DNA from: an uncultured Candidatus Micrarchaeota archaeon
GTDB taxonomy: Archaea > Micrarchaeota > Micrarchaeia > Anstonellales > Bilamarchaeaceae
DNA: 64,000 bases
Reading direction: 5' to 3'
Assembly: GCA_903828955.1 (NCBI GenBank)
Contig: CAIKOA010000032.1
Location: forward strand, 20,141-84,140
Part shown: piece after piece, positions 54,252 through 64,000 of the stretch
Layout of the letters: the number at the start of each line of letters is the position of its first letter
How positions within the stretch are numbered: the first letter of the stretch is position 1
The notes under the pieces: model-generated
What the model saw: the letters and a program-made list of their open reading frames with translations, nothing else
Told to the model about the DNA's origin: nothing
The model's database searches: none
Translations under genes and position numbers: made by a program

Positions 54252-56402
54252 ATGCAGATGAAGAAGGAGATTGCAATTTCCGGAATGCACTGCGCCTCCT
54301 GCGCCGCGGTGCTTACACATTCGCTAAGCAAAGCAAAAGGAATATCGAGTGCCCACGTAAACTATGCAACCGCAAAAGCAACAGTTGAGTTTGATGAGCA
54401 CATCATTTCCGAAGAGCAGATCCTCCAGATAATAAAATCCCGCGGATACTCCGGAACATTCTCCATAGACCGCGAGCACCTTGAGAAGATGCAGCAGAAA
54501 GAGATCGGCGATTTAAGGAAGCTCATCCTCTTCAGCGCGCTCTTTTCCATTCCAGCCCTTCTTATTGGAATGTTTTTCATGGATATTCCCTATCGCTTAC
54601 CGGTTCTTTTCATTCTTGCAACCCCTGTCCAATTCATTGCGGGAAGAAGGTTCTATTCTGGCGCATACACAGCTCTCCAGAATTTCAGCGCAAATATGGA
54701 TACCCTGATTGCAATAGGCACGAGCGCAGCATATTCCTACAGCGTTGCCGCACTCCTGGGCTTTGCAACCGAGCAATACTTCGAAACCTCCGCGGTTCTT
54801 ATCACATTTGTACTTTTAGGAAAATATTTAGAGGCGGTTGCAAAGGGAAGAACAAGCCAGGCCATTAAGAACCTCATAAAGCTCTCCCCGAAAACCGCCC
54901 TAATAATCATTAATGGAAAAGAAAAGGAAATCCCGATAGATGAAGTGAAACTCGGCTACCTCCTTCTGGTAAAACCCGGAGAGAAAATCCCCGTAGATGG
55001 AGAAGTAGTTGAAGGAGATTCCTTTGTGGATGAGAGCATGCTCACCGGGGAAAGCATGCCCGTTAAGAAATTTCGCGGAAGCAAAGTGGTTGGCGGCACC
55101 CTGAATAAAAACGGAGCTCTTACAATCCGCGCGCTCCGCGTAGGAGAAGGCACAATGCTTGCGCAGATAGTGCGCTCAGTAGAGGAAGCGCAGGGAAGCA
55201 AGGCGAATATAGAAAGGTTTGCAGATACTGTAAGCGCTTACTTCGTCCCCGCAGTTATTGGAATTTCCCTCCTCTCTTTCCTGGTCTGGAATGTTGTTTT
55301 CAACCAACCAATCTCTTTTGCGCTCTCGATTGCAGTCGCAGTAATCGTGATTGCATGCCCCTGCGCCCTCGGGCTCGCAACCCCCACCGCGGTAATGGTT
55401 GGCACCGGAATCGGCGCAACCCGCGGCATCCTTATTCGGAATGCGGAAACCCTTGAAACAATGCACAAGATAGATGCGATCATATTCGACAAGACCGGCA
55501 CAATCACTGAGGGAAAGCCGGCAGTTACCGATTTTATTTCAGAAGACGATGAGAAAATACTTGGAATAATTTATTCCATAGAATCCAAATCCGAGCATCC
55601 TCTTGCTTCCGCGATAGTTGAATACGCAAAGCAGAAGGGAGCAAAGAAATACATAATTTCCAAATTCCGCGCCCTTGAAGGAAAAGGGGTCGAGGCTGTT
55701 TGCGGAAAGCACAAAATATTCATAGGAAAACCCGACCACACGCTCTCCGGGGAATGGGCGACCCGGGCAAAAACGCTCCAGGAAAAAGGCAGAACCACAA
55801 TCGCAGTCCTTGTAGATGGAAAACCCAAGGGAATTCTTGCGGTTTCCGATACAATCAAGCCCACAAGCAGGGCCGCGGTTTCAGAGCTAAGGAAAATGGG
55901 CATGGAGGTCTGGCTGATTACCGGGGACAATGCGAGGACCGCACAGGCAATAGCGCGGCAGGCGGGCATTCCCCAGGTCTTTTCCGAAGTCTTTCCCACC
56001 CAGAAAGCCGAATACGTAAAGAGATTGCAGAGGGAAGGCAAAGTTGTCGCAATGGTAGGGGACGGAATAAACGACGCGCCCGCGCTTGCGCAGGCAAACG
56101 TGGGGATTGCAATGGGCTCCGGAACCGATGTTGCAATTGAAGCAGGTTCTATTGCGCTTATGCGCAGCGACCCGCAGGATGTTCCGCGCGCAATCCGCTT
56201 AGGAAGGGCCACAATGGGCAAAATCAAGCAGAACCTGTTCCTTTCCCTTTTCTACAATGTCCTTTGCATCCCGGTTGCCGCAGGAGTTCTTTATTTCCCG
56301 TACGGAATTCTTCTCTCTCCAATAATTGCAGGAGGAGCAATGGCGCTCTCCAGCGTTTCCGTAGTTACGAACGCGTTAACTCTGCGCTGGGCAAAACTCT
56401 AG
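54252..56402 (+). CDS. copA: Copper-translocating P1B-type ATPase
   Basis: It has HMA (GMHCASC), CPC ([12 protein letters not shown]), [17 protein letters not shown], and 8 TM helices. Confidence 0.9.
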   Translation: MQMKKEIAISGMHCASCAAVLTHSLSKAKGISSAHVNYATAKATVEFDEHIISEEQILQIIKSRGYSGTFSIDREHLEKMQQKEIGDLRKLILFSALFSIPALLIGMFFMDIPYRLPVLFILATPVQFIAGRRFYSGAYTALQNFSANMDTLIAIGTSAAYSYSVAALLGFATEQYFETSAVLITFVLLGKYLEAVAKGRTSQAIKNLIKLSPKTALIIINGKEKEIPIDEVKLGYLLLVKPGEKIPVDGEVVEGDSFVDESMLTGESMPVKKFRGSKVVGGTLNKNGALTIRALRVGEGTMLAQIVRSVEEAQGSKANIERFADTVSAYFVPAVIGISLLSFLVWNVVFNQPISFALSIAVAVIVIACPCALGLATPTAVMVGTGIGATRGILIRNAETLETMHKIDAIIFDKTGTITEGKPAVTDFISEDDEKILGIIYSIESKSEHPLASAIVEYAKQKGAKKYIISKFRALEGKGVEAVCGKHKIFIGKPDHTLSGEWATRAKTLQEKGRTTIAVLVDGKPKGILAVSDTIKPTSRAAVSELRKMGMEVWLITGDNARTAQAIARQAGIPQVFSEVFPTQKAEYVKRLQREGKVVAMVGDGINDAPALAQANVGIAMGSGTDVAIEAGSIALMRSDPQDVPRAIRLGRATMGKIKQNLFLSLFYNVLCIPVAAGVLYFPYGILLSPIIAGGAMALSSVSVVTNALTLRWAKL

Positions 56403-56426
56403 AATTAGTTTTTTCTCTTTCCGCTC

Positions 56427-57500
56427 CTATTTCCTCATCTTGAAAATTCTCGTTCTTCCAGCTCCAGTTCCTTCCAGGAATTCAGATTCAATCAGCCCCA
56501 TGCTCTCCAGTTTTCCCAGATGCAGCCTGACCGTGCGCTCATTTGCGCCCGCCTTCTCATAAATAGTTCCGCTCTGCGCTCCTTTCGCACCGCCTTTCTT
56601 AATCAGTTCAACTATTTTTTTGTCCAGCTCCTCCAGGTTCTCAACCCGGTCATTCCTGAGGCTATCCAGAGTGGTCTGCTTTACCTCTTCCACATCAGAA
56701 ACCGAAATCTCCTGTTTTCCCTTCTTTTCCGCATTCCTTCCGGCAATCCATAAAAGATTAAGAGCAATCCTCGCATCCCCCCCATTCTTCGCCCCAAAGC
56801 CAGAGCAGAGCCCGATCACTTCTTCGCTATACGCCCCCGGAATCAACCCTAATTTCGCCCTCTCCAATACAATCTCCTTCAATTCCGCAGGTGTATACCT
56901 CTTGAATTCCAGGAAAGACTGCATCAATGAACTCCGTATTCGCGTATCCAGCTTCGCAAGCACTTCGCCCCGGTTAGTAATCGCAATCACTCCTACTTCT
57001 ATCCCCTCATTCTCCTTCATCCTAAGCAGGTCGTAGAAAATCCCTTCCTCTTCCCCTGCAACCACATCTGCCTCATCGAGAACAATCACCGGAACCTTTC
57101 CAGCCCGTTTAAGCGCGCTAATCATCTCCGCCCAGACCTCATCCACCGCAACCCCTCTGCGCGGCACAAAGATTCCAATCTCTTCCGCGATTTTGCTAAG
57201 AATAGAAAATCTGCTCGGGTAATTCCAGCAGTTAATGTACACCGGGAAGCACCTGGAGGTATATTCTGAAAGCTGGGCAACCACATTCTTCACAACGAGC
57301 GTTTTCCCGGTCCCAGGGGGCCCGTAAATAACCATGGATTGCGGCCTCCTCTTCTCCGAAATGGGGCGGAGCGCAAAGGCAACCTCCTTGGCCTCCTTAT
57401 CCCTTCCAATTACCTCTTCCGGAAGGTATTCCGGCGCAAAGGCTCCCTCGTTCCTGAAAATCCTTCCCCCCTCGCCCATTTCCCGGAATACGTTGCGCAT
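56427..57500 (-). CDS. cdc6: Orc1/Cdc6 replication initiator
   Basis: It has an AAA+ Walker A (YGPPGTGKT) and a Walker B / sensor region. A C-terminal winged helix is present (LHLGKLESMGLIESEF). Confidence 0.9.
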   Translation of the reverse strand: MRNVFREMGEGGRIFRNEGAFAPEYLPEEVIGRDKEAKEVAFALRPISEKRRPQSMVIYGPPGTGKTLVVKNVVAQLSEYTSRCFPVYINCWNYPSRFSILSKIAEEIGIFVPRRGVAVDEVWAEMISALKRAGKVPVIVLDEADVVAGEEEGIFYDLLRMKENEGIEVGVIAITNRGEVLAKLDTRIRSSLMQSFLEFKRYTPAELKEIVLERAKLGLIPGAYSEEVIGLCSGFGAKNGGDARIALNLLWIAGRNAEKKGKQEISVSDVEEVKQTTLDSLRNDRVENLEELDKKIVELIKKGGAKGAQSGTIYEKAGANERTVRLHLGKLESMGLIESEFLEGTGAGRTRIFKMRK

Positions 57501-57575
57501 GAATGCCCACCTATTTTTTCCTGTTTTATACTTATTATATAAGGATTAAATATCTCCTCTTCGCAATATATTCCC

Positions 57576-60500
57576 ATGAAGGGACCTCCCAGAGCGCCTT
57601 CCATACGCATGCTTTCGGACGCTCAGCTGGACGCACTCCAATCCTTCATAGAGAAGCACGAATTGGAAATAGAGCTCGGAAAGCAGAAATCACTCTCCTT
57701 CCTTTACACTCTTTACAAGAAAGAGGATGCAAAAAGGGCGAAGAAAGAGAAGTATTCCAAAAAACTCCTAAAGGACGCGGAAAACCTCATTCTTTCCATG
57801 CAATCCATCCCGCCAGGCAGTGGAACGCGCCCAAGCGAACCCCCTCCTGCTTATGCGCAAGCGAAGCCAGCAGGAAAAATTAAGGACAGGAAGCTCCTGG
57901 AAATTGAGGAGCTCGCCTCCTCATCCAAAGAAGAAAGAATACGCAGAAAGCTCGCAGAACTCTTCAACCAGGATGAAAAGAGCCTTGAAAAGATGGTCAA
58001 GGCGCTCCTGGAAAATAAAGAGGGGGAAAAGCTTGCAGCCAGAATTTCCTCCTTATTCATCCAGATCAAAGAACAGGAACATAACACCAAACTACATGAT
58101 CTTCTTCTTAGTGGAACCTCTTACATCTATATTCCCGATCTCGCGGGCGCATGTGAAGAGCTGGGAAGCATCTTCGAAGGGATCGGGCTGATGGATTTTG
58201 CAGGGGAGATTTACAGTCTCCAGGCAGATGCTTTGAGGGAAAAGGAGCCTGAGAGGGCATCGGAAATCTACAAGAAATCCGCCGGCCTCCTCATTGAAGG
58301 CAGGAATCCGGATTCCGCAGCCAAGGCATACGGCAACTCGATGTCTCTTTTTCCAGCCGGGAAAGAAAAAATCCTGGAAACGCTATATTCCGAAGTGGGG
58401 AATTCCGAAAACGCAAACAATTACCAACGCGCTGCAAACCTCTGCTTCACCCTGGCGTATCTCCTGGAGGGAGACTCAGCAAAGCATGCGGAGTTGGAGG
58501 CGAAGGCCGGAGACTATTCAATGAAATGCGGAGAATACCGGGATGCCGCAGTGGCATATAAAGACGTCGCGGCAACATTTTCGAACCAGCTATCTGATAT
58601 GAGCATGCTTCGGGACAATGCACGCGAGAGGCATGCGAATATGGAACTCAGCGCTAAAATCGTGGCCTTCAATATAAAATCCGCAGAAGCATTCGAGGAA
58701 GCCGCAAAAGCCACCGCGTCGCCCGCAGGCAATAAAATGGACCTTCTCAACGCGGCAGAAAGGTATTGGGCGGCGGTATTTGCGACGCTGGATAAAACGG
58801 AAAAAGAACAACTCTGCGAAAAAGCAGGCAATCTTTTCCCACAAGCGGGAAGGTATGCCGAGGCAGCCGAGGCGTATTCGCGGCTTGCGGATCTCTTAGG
58901 CTCAAAAAACCCCATAAAAGCGCTTGAAGCGAATGAAAACGCAGTTCAGAATTACTTCAAGGCAGAGAACTATGAGAAAATCAATTCCCGGTACTACTCA
59001 ATAGATTCCTTGGTGAGGGGCAAAGATCGTGAGGAAGTGCAAAAGCACCGAGAAGCAATGGCCGCCAAACTTGCAGCCAAGGCGGAAGAGCACGCAAAAG
59101 CAGGAGACTACATCAAAGCAGGCTATGCATACACCACTGCAGCGCAACTAATCTGCTCTACTTTAGAAACGGGGCCGCTCCCAGCCAAATTGCTAAAAGC
59201 GTCCGGACTCTATGAAAAATCCGCAGACTCCTACGCGGAAGCTAAAAATGATTCGGCAGCCCAACTTTACGCAGAAGCGGCCCAACTAATCGAGAAATCC
59301 AGGCCTGAAAAAGCAGCAGAACTCTACGAAAAATCCGGGGACATCCGTAATAAAAACAACCACTTACTGCAGGCATATGAAGCATACTCCAAAGCAGCCG
59401 AACTAATCAGGAACTCCAACCCGGAAAAAGCAGCAGAACTCTATGAAAAATCCGCAGACGCCCACGTAAAGCTAAAGATATACGATGCGGCATTCGAACA
59501 ATATTCAGAAGCGGTTGTGCTGGACCCGAAACTCAGCGGGAGAATCGCAGGGAAGAAAATCTTCTCCGCCATCCTCTCAGGCAGGTGGGAATCAATTGCA
59601 AAGGAGATAGAAGAGAAATATCCTTCGCTGCATGCACTGCTTCCGGAAACGGACGAGCATTGCGCCGCTTTCCTAAAGGATTCCGGGGTGTCCATGGACC
59701 CGGAGCGGATAGAGTTTGCAATAAGGGCATTTCTGGAAGTAAAAAAAGAAGTCGGCTTCATAAACGTAAGGATGAGGGAGGACTTACTGTTCCTCTCCAA
59801 AGGCTTTGCCCAATTTGAGAAGAACGGTTTCAGGAAAATTGAGGGGATCCCGAGCTGGTTCCTTCTCCAGGCCTACGCGGCAACCGGAGGAAACCCCGAA
59901 AAAGCCGCCCACATAAGAAAGATATGCGAAAGCAAGGAGTTCAGGAATTCAAAGGACAGGCGGAAGGAGATTTCCTGGCTTCTTGCAGACCATGCAGATG
60001 AAAAGCGGTACATGGCCGAACTTTACCATATTGTGAACCTTTCCTCTTCAAAGAAAATTTTCCAGAACATCACCTCGTTCAAACTCCTCAAGGCGATAGA
60101 TTCCATGCTGCAAATTGACGAAATCAAAACCCAGGGGGAGTTCGACTCGGAATTTGAAAAAGAGGTACACGATTTCATACAAAACAGAACCGAAAGCAAG
60201 AAGGTTGTGGAAACGTTCCTGAAAAAGCTCGAGTCGTTATATTCAAGCGGTTTCCTTATTGCCATAACCACCACCTACTCGCAATACTTGAGATATGCTG
60301 GGCTGGACAAACTCATGGACCTCGCCTTGATTTCCACCGTAATGGGTGATTTTGAGAAGGTAAAGTTCCCCACGGAGGAAGGAATTGCAGGCATGGATTA
60401 CCTGTCGGCTGAGCAGAAGGAAACTCTGATGAAGGCAACCGGCCAGCTCTCCAACTTAGGCGCCTCAAGGCAAAAATGGATTGAGCGCATTGAAATCGCC

Positions 60501-61457
60501 AAAGTTTCAGGCCAGGGGGAGGTAACAATTGAAATGGCGAGGAAGGACCTTGCCCAGAGAATCGAGGACATGAAATTCCACTTTAAGGAGCACATCTCAA
60601 CCAGGGAAGGGGAGCTGGAGAAAGAGTTCGCATTTACCCCCAAATTCCTGGAGAGGATCCAAGCGGACATAAAAACAATTGAGGGGAGAGGGGAGAACAA
60701 ATCCCCGGAGTACATAAAGCTCAAGAACATCGAGCGCATCCTGGTTTCCATCTCCGAGCTCGAGAAGGTCGACCCGCTGAATGCGAGGGAAATGGGCCCG
60801 GAGCTGAAATCCCTCCTCAGGGGGCTCGGGCAGTCCACAACAACCCTGTTCAAGAATTCCTATAAGATGAAGCCGGAAGACATCGATAGCCTCCAGGCAA
60901 AGATGGATGTGGACCTCCTCTCAAAAATGCTTATTGAAGAGAAGGAAAAGCTGAAAATAGACAAACTGGTAGCTTATGACAGCGCAGACCCCATTCACCT
61001 GATACTTGCAGGCAAGCAGCCGGAAAATTCCGGCTCCTGCCAGAGATATGATGGAACCCCCAACCTTATGGCTGGCCTTTCCGGCTACCTCCTAAACGCC
61101 CACACAAAAATAATCCGCGTTGAAAACCAGGACGGAATTGTGGTCGGGAGGGCGATGCTGAAGGCTGTCACCGCGGATGGGGAGCCCGCCCTTTTCCTGG
61201 AAAGGGCATACTACAGGAATGCGGCAAGCAATCCCGAAGTGGACGAGATGATTGTAAGGCTCGCAAAACAGAAAGCTGATTCCCTTGGGATTCCCCTCCT
61301 TTCAACGTGGAGGTCCTCAGGAAAGAGCAAGCAGGCCAGGGTAATCGTTGAAGCCGGGCTTTCGCAGTATGAATACAGCGACGGGCTAGGCGGAGGCGCC
61401 CACGGAAACGTTTCCGAGGGAGGGAGGGACATCAAGCTGCAGGTTAGCATACTTTAG
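57576..61457 (+). CDS. Giant (about 1290 aa) SNAP/TPR-like helical repeat protein
   Basis: It has reiterated A-x-L-Y-x-K-S/A-A/G-D motifs (EKAAELYEKSGDIRNKNNHLLQAYEAYSKAAELIRNSNPEKAAELYEKSADAHVKLK). These resemble alpha/gamma-SNAP TPR-like repeats. Confidence 0.6.
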   Translation: MKGPPRAPSIRMLSDAQLDALQSFIEKHELEIELGKQKSLSFLYTLYKKEDAKRAKKEKYSKKLLKDAENLILSMQSIPPGSGTRPSEPPPAYAQAKPAGKIKDRKLLEIEELASSSKEERIRRKLAELFNQDEKSLEKMVKALLENKEGEKLAARISSLFIQIKEQEHNTKLHDLLLSGTSYIYIPDLAGACEELGSIFEGIGLMDFAGEIYSLQADALREKEPERASEIYKKSAGLLIEGRNPDSAAKAYGNSMSLFPAGKEKILETLYSEVGNSENANNYQRAANLCFTLAYLLEGDSAKHAELEAKAGDYSMKCGEYRDAAVAYKDVAATFSNQLSDMSMLRDNARERHANMELSAKIVAFNIKSAEAFEEAAKATASPAGNKMDLLNAAERYWAAVFATLDKTEKEQLCEKAGNLFPQAGRYAEAAEAYSRLADLLGSKNPIKALEANENAVQNYFKAENYEKINSRYYSIDSLVRGKDREEVQKHREAMAAKLAAKAEEHAKAGDYIKAGYAYTTAAQLICSTLETGPLPAKLLKASGLYEKSADSYAEAKNDSAAQLYAEAAQLIEKSRPEKAAELYEKSGDIRNKNNHLLQAYEAYSKAAELIRNSNPEKAAELYEKSADAHVKLKIYDAAFEQYSEAVVLDPKLSGRIAGKKIFSAILSGRWESIAKEIEEKYPSLHALLPETDEHCAAFLKDSGVSMDPERIEFAIRAFLEVKKEVGFINVRMREDLLFLSKGFAQFEKNGFRKIEGIPSWFLLQAYAATGGNPEKAAHIRKICESKEFRNSKDRRKEISWLLADHADEKRYMAELYHIVNLSSSKKIFQNITSFKLLKAIDSMLQIDEIKTQGEFDSEFEKEVHDFIQNRTESKKVVETFLKKLESLYSSGFLIAITTTYSQYLRYAGLDKLMDLALISTVMGDFEKVKFPTEEGIAGMDYLSAEQKETLMKATGQLSNLGASRQKWIERIEIAKVSGQGEVTIEMARKDLAQRIEDMKFHFKEHISTREGELEKEFAFTPKFLERIQADIKTIEGRGENKSPEYIKLKNIERILVSISELEKVDPLNAREMGPELKSLLRGLGQSTTTLFKNSYKMKPEDIDSLQAKMDVDLLSKMLIEEKEKLKIDKLVAYDSADPIHLILAGKQPENSGSCQRYDGTPNLMAGLSGYLLNAHTKIIRVENQDGIVVGRAMLKAVTADGEPALFLERAYYRNAASNPEVDEMIVRLAKQKADSLGIPLLSTWRSSGKSKQARVIVEAGLSQYEYSDGLGGGAHGNVSEGGRDIKLQVSIL
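59281..59456 (+). repeat. Near-identical ~58-bp direct repeats 120 bp apart inside the SNAP/TPR-like gene
   Basis: gcccaactaatcgagaaatccaggcctgaaaaagcagcagaactctacgaaaaatccg is about 85% identical to gccgaactaatcaggaactccaacccggaaaaagcagcagaactctatgaaaaatccg. Confidence 0.6.
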
Positions 61458-61521
61458 GGCCGAATTTTACTGGGTGTTTTGTGGTAGCTTAATAAGTTTT
61501 ATTGCATAATTCCCAATCGGT

Positions 61522-62304
61522 GTGCAAAGGATGGAAGGCACTGCAAGTGCAGCATTACACATAGTGGATACGGTACCCCGTGCGCGGATAGCCGCCTCCT
61601 ACACCGGAAATCTCCCCCGCGTCTCCTTCTGGGAAGCAAAAAGATTGGCTGCCGAAAAGAATGGAAGCCTGATTTCCGCTAAAAGAATGGTAAATCTCTT
61701 CAAGCTGGTTTCAACCCTCTCCTGCTCAGACTCCACAATCCTGAAAGAATTTGAAGGGGGGATAAGGCTGAACAGCCCGAACTTCAACTGGTTTTTTGAA
61801 GGAACTTCCAGGAAGGAGCTCGCAGCCACTGTTGCGGGCACAAGCCCAGCCTGGGTCGATGCAATCGTCCTTCTTGGCCCATTTCCGGAGCAGGTTAGCA
61901 CTTTTGGCAAAGAGGAAAACAGAACGGTTTTGGAGCTTCCCAGGCACCTGGTAGGCTTAAGCGACATAATGCTCCTCGATTCCGGCTCCTTCACAGATGA
62001 AAGGGATGCAAATGAAAAAAGAGTGAAGGTAGCCGAAGGAGCGGAGCCAATGCTTCTCGGAGAAAGATCCGGAGGCGCCACATTATTTCTCGATGAAAAA
62101 GGAAATTTCACCCATTCTTCTGAGCACAGCAAGAGGAAAACCGACCCCAGGATTCCGGTATTCATCCACACGAATGCGGAAAGAATAAGCCGCCTCATTT
62201 GCGGGATTACCAGCACCATGAGGGATACAAACGAATCTCTCGCAATAAGGCTTTCAACGCTTAACGAGAACGAGAGGATGGGCGCAGTATTCGAATTTCC
62301 CTAA
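61522..62304 (+). CDS. Hypothetical protein
   Basis: Only ORF length and protein-like composition support it. A competing antisense ORF exists at 61599..62219. Confidence 0.3.
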   Translation: MQRMEGTASAALHIVDTVPRARIAASYTGNLPRVSFWEAKRLAAEKNGSLISAKRMVNLFKLVSTLSCSDSTILKEFEGGIRLNSPNFNWFFEGTSRKELAATVAGTSPAWVDAIVLLGPFPEQVSTFGKEENRTVLELPRHLVGLSDIMLLDSGSFTDERDANEKRVKVAEGAEPMLLGERSGGATLFLDEKGNFTHSSEHSKRKTDPRIPVFIHTNAERISRLICGITSTMRDTNESLAIRLSTLNENERMGAVFEFP

Positions 62305-64000
62305 TCAGTTCTTTTCCCGTTCTTTTTCCAATATTCCTTGATATTATTCACAAAGTAGAGTTTTTCCCCGCACTCAGGGCACGAATTATATCCCTTCACC
62401 TTATTCTCAATCACCGCAAACCCTCTCCTGCGCACAAGCATTTCCTTGCATTTCGGGCAGTAGGTGCTTTCGGTTTCCTCGTTCTCTATATTCCCGGAGT
62501 ATGCAAACTTCAACCCTTCTTCCATTGCAATTTCCCGTGCGCGCAAAAGAGTTTCCAATTTAGTCCTCGGCACATCCATCATCTTATTGGACGGATAGAA
62601 CGCAATGAAGTGCATCGGAATGTTCGGATCCAATTCCTTGGTCCATTTGCAAACCGCGCGAATATCATCCTCATTATCATTATACCCGGGCACAATCAAA
62701 TTAATCAGCTCAATATGCCCGATCTTATACAATCCCTTAATTGTCGCAAGAACGCCTTCCAAATCCACATCCCCGCAAACATCCCGGTAAATCTTGTCTG
62801 AAAATCCCTTCAAATCAATCCTTGATGCATCAATTCTTCCCTTCATCTCCGCAATCGCGGCATCACTCTCATATCCATTAGTCACGAACACATTGAAAAT
62901 ATCCTTTTTATGCGCCAATTTTGCCGTATCCAGAGAATATTCCATGAAAATAGTGGGCTCCGTATACGTATACGCAATCCCCGGAATCTTGTGCCCCGCA
63001 GTATAATCCACTATTCTTTCCGGGCTCCATTCTTCCCCAATAATTCCGGAGTACGCCTGGCTTATTTCCCAGTTCTGGCAATTGTGCACCCCTACAAAAT
63101 TTGCAAGGTAGGTATGCTCATCATCCACTTCCAAATTGTAAACAAACCCCGAATAACTCCTTTTCCAAAGCTTCTGCACAGGAACCGCCCAGAAGTCTCC
63201 GCAATCCAGGAAACGGAGCCCTTTCCTGCCCACTTTTGTAGGAATGGAAGACCGCCCAACCAGCGCCTCCCCAAAAACCGCCTTGTTTAATTTCACATAG
63301 TAGAGCGGAGATTGTTTTACCACCCTTCCTTCTATTATTTTGCGCTCTGGTGGAATCCATTTGTGAAAGCAAGGCAGGCAGCCAAGTTTCAAAAGAAGGT
63401 AATATGTCCCAATCGCAAGCTCGTTGGAAACGGTATTCATGGCGATATAGCACACCGTATCCGTTCCGTCCCCCTCGATATACGCTTTCAAGTACGCGTC
63501 AATAATATTTTTTGGGGATTTGAAAAGGAATCCGGGCACTTTTTTCCCAGCCGCGCCTTTTCCACCAAGTTCCTTAAGTAAAACTCCGAGCGAGCTGCTG
63601 CCCACACTCGCAGAGATTGTGGTTCTCCTCTCCAAGACGACTGCTTTAAGCCCGAATATTTTATCCAATAAGAAAGCAGCCCTTTCCGCAAGATGCCTTT
63701 CTTTTCTTCCGAAACTGAAATTCACGTAAAAGGAGTTCGGGCGCTTTTTGCTCTCCACCACTGACCCTTCCGCAACATAATATCCTAGAAGTTCGGCAAA
63801 TTCCTCATCCGCTTCAATTTCTGAAGGAATGCCTTTCTTCTCGCTCTTGAACCTTACCCATTTTCCCTCCTTCACCAAATCTGCAGGATAGAAGAACGTC
63901 TTTTCGCTAATTCCCTCCCGCTTCAACTCCCCCATCAGTTTCCTTAGGTAAACAGGATGCATTCCAACCTTTTCCCCAATCTGCCTTGAAGTACGCCCCT
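62301..64000 (-). CDS. Radical SAM enzyme (PflA-like / AmmeMemoRadiSam-type activase) interrupted by an intein; 5' end beyond window
   Basis: The C-extein CQNWEISQAYSG...VTNGYESD...CPKCK...CPECG resembles PflA-like radical SAM enzymes. The reading frame stays open to the window edge. Confidence 0.7.
   Translation of the reverse strand, partial: GRTSRQIGEKVGMHPVYLRKLMGELKREGISEKTFFYPADLVKEGKWVRFKSEKKGIPSEIEADEEFAELLGYYVAEGSVVESKKRPNSFYVNFSFGRKERHLAERAAFLLDKIFGLKAVVLERRTTISASVGSSSLGVLLKELGGKGAAGKKVPGFLFKSPKNIIDAYLKAYIEGDGTDTVCYIAMNTVSNELAIGTYYLLLKLGCLPCFHKWIPPERKIIEGRVVKQSPLYYVKLNKAVFGEALVGRSSIPTKVGRKGLRFLDCGDFWAVPVQKLWKRSYSGFVYNLEVDDEHTYLANFVGVHNCQNWEISQAYSGIIGEEWSPERIVDYTAGHKIPGIAYTYTEPTIFMEYSLDTAKLAHKKDIFNVFVTNGYESDAAIAEMKGRIDASRIDLKGFSDKIYRDVCGDVDLEGVLATIKGLYKIGHIELINLIVPGYNDNEDDIRAVCKWTKELDPNIPMHFIAFYPSNKMMDVPRTKLETLLRAREIAMEEGLKFAYSGNIENEETESTYCPKCKEMLVRRRGFAVIENKVKGYNSCPECGEKLYFVNNIKEYWKKNGKRTD
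63081..64000 (-). mobile_element. LAGLIDADG-type intein (C-terminal portion within window) inserted in the CxxxCxxC cluster of the radical SAM gene
   Basis: The LAGLIDADG blocks are LLGYYVAEGSV and AYLKAYIEGDGT. The C-terminal splicing blocks F/G are EVDDEHTYLANFVGVHN, followed by the +1 Cys of CQNWEIS. Confidence 0.75.

Noticed and set aside
56403-57610. Replication origin (ORB repeats / DUE) flanking orc1/cdc6
   Set aside because: The upstream intergenic region is only about 75-100 bp. It is AT-rich but has no repeated ORB-like elements visible. The downstream gap is 24 bp. No origin can be supported from this window.

Overview
The window is an archaeal chromosomal segment with GC around 55-60%. 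It carries archaeal-type aaRS (MetRS, LeuRS), MCM, Orc1/Cdc6, archaeal DnaG, Cgi121, ribosomal S8e, ApgM, CarS and class-III-signal-peptide pilins. No rRNA, tRNA or CRISPR array was recognised. Housekeeping genes are interleaved with cell-surface loci:
(1) A type IV pilus locus (about 5.2-15.3 kb) with a FlaI/PilB-like ATPase, a split FlaJ/TadBC-like platform, a pilin, and unusual accessory genes: a protein with four TrmB-like winged-helix repeats and a huge acidic linker, and a wHTH + coiled-coil protein.
(2) Six tandem, translationally coupled paralogous polytopic membrane proteins of an unrecognised family (25.1-31.7 kb), all sharing an LPxG..LRxxPxTRxxG signature. This is the best candidate for an undescribed system.
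(3) A second pilin cluster (38.8-43.2 kb): SppA, a Cys-rich small protein, a 587-aa pilin-like giant, and three tandem pilins.
(4) A 1439-aa sequon-rich surface (S-layer-like) protein.
(5) A copper efflux operon with a divergent regulator.
(6) A radical-SAM gene interrupted by a LAGLIDADG intein at the window edge.
Three places show duplication of the 3' end of a gene (cgi121, apgM, trm5) flanking an insertion. Two of the insertions are copies of the same small GGGGG-AGCG-CCCCC hairpin element.
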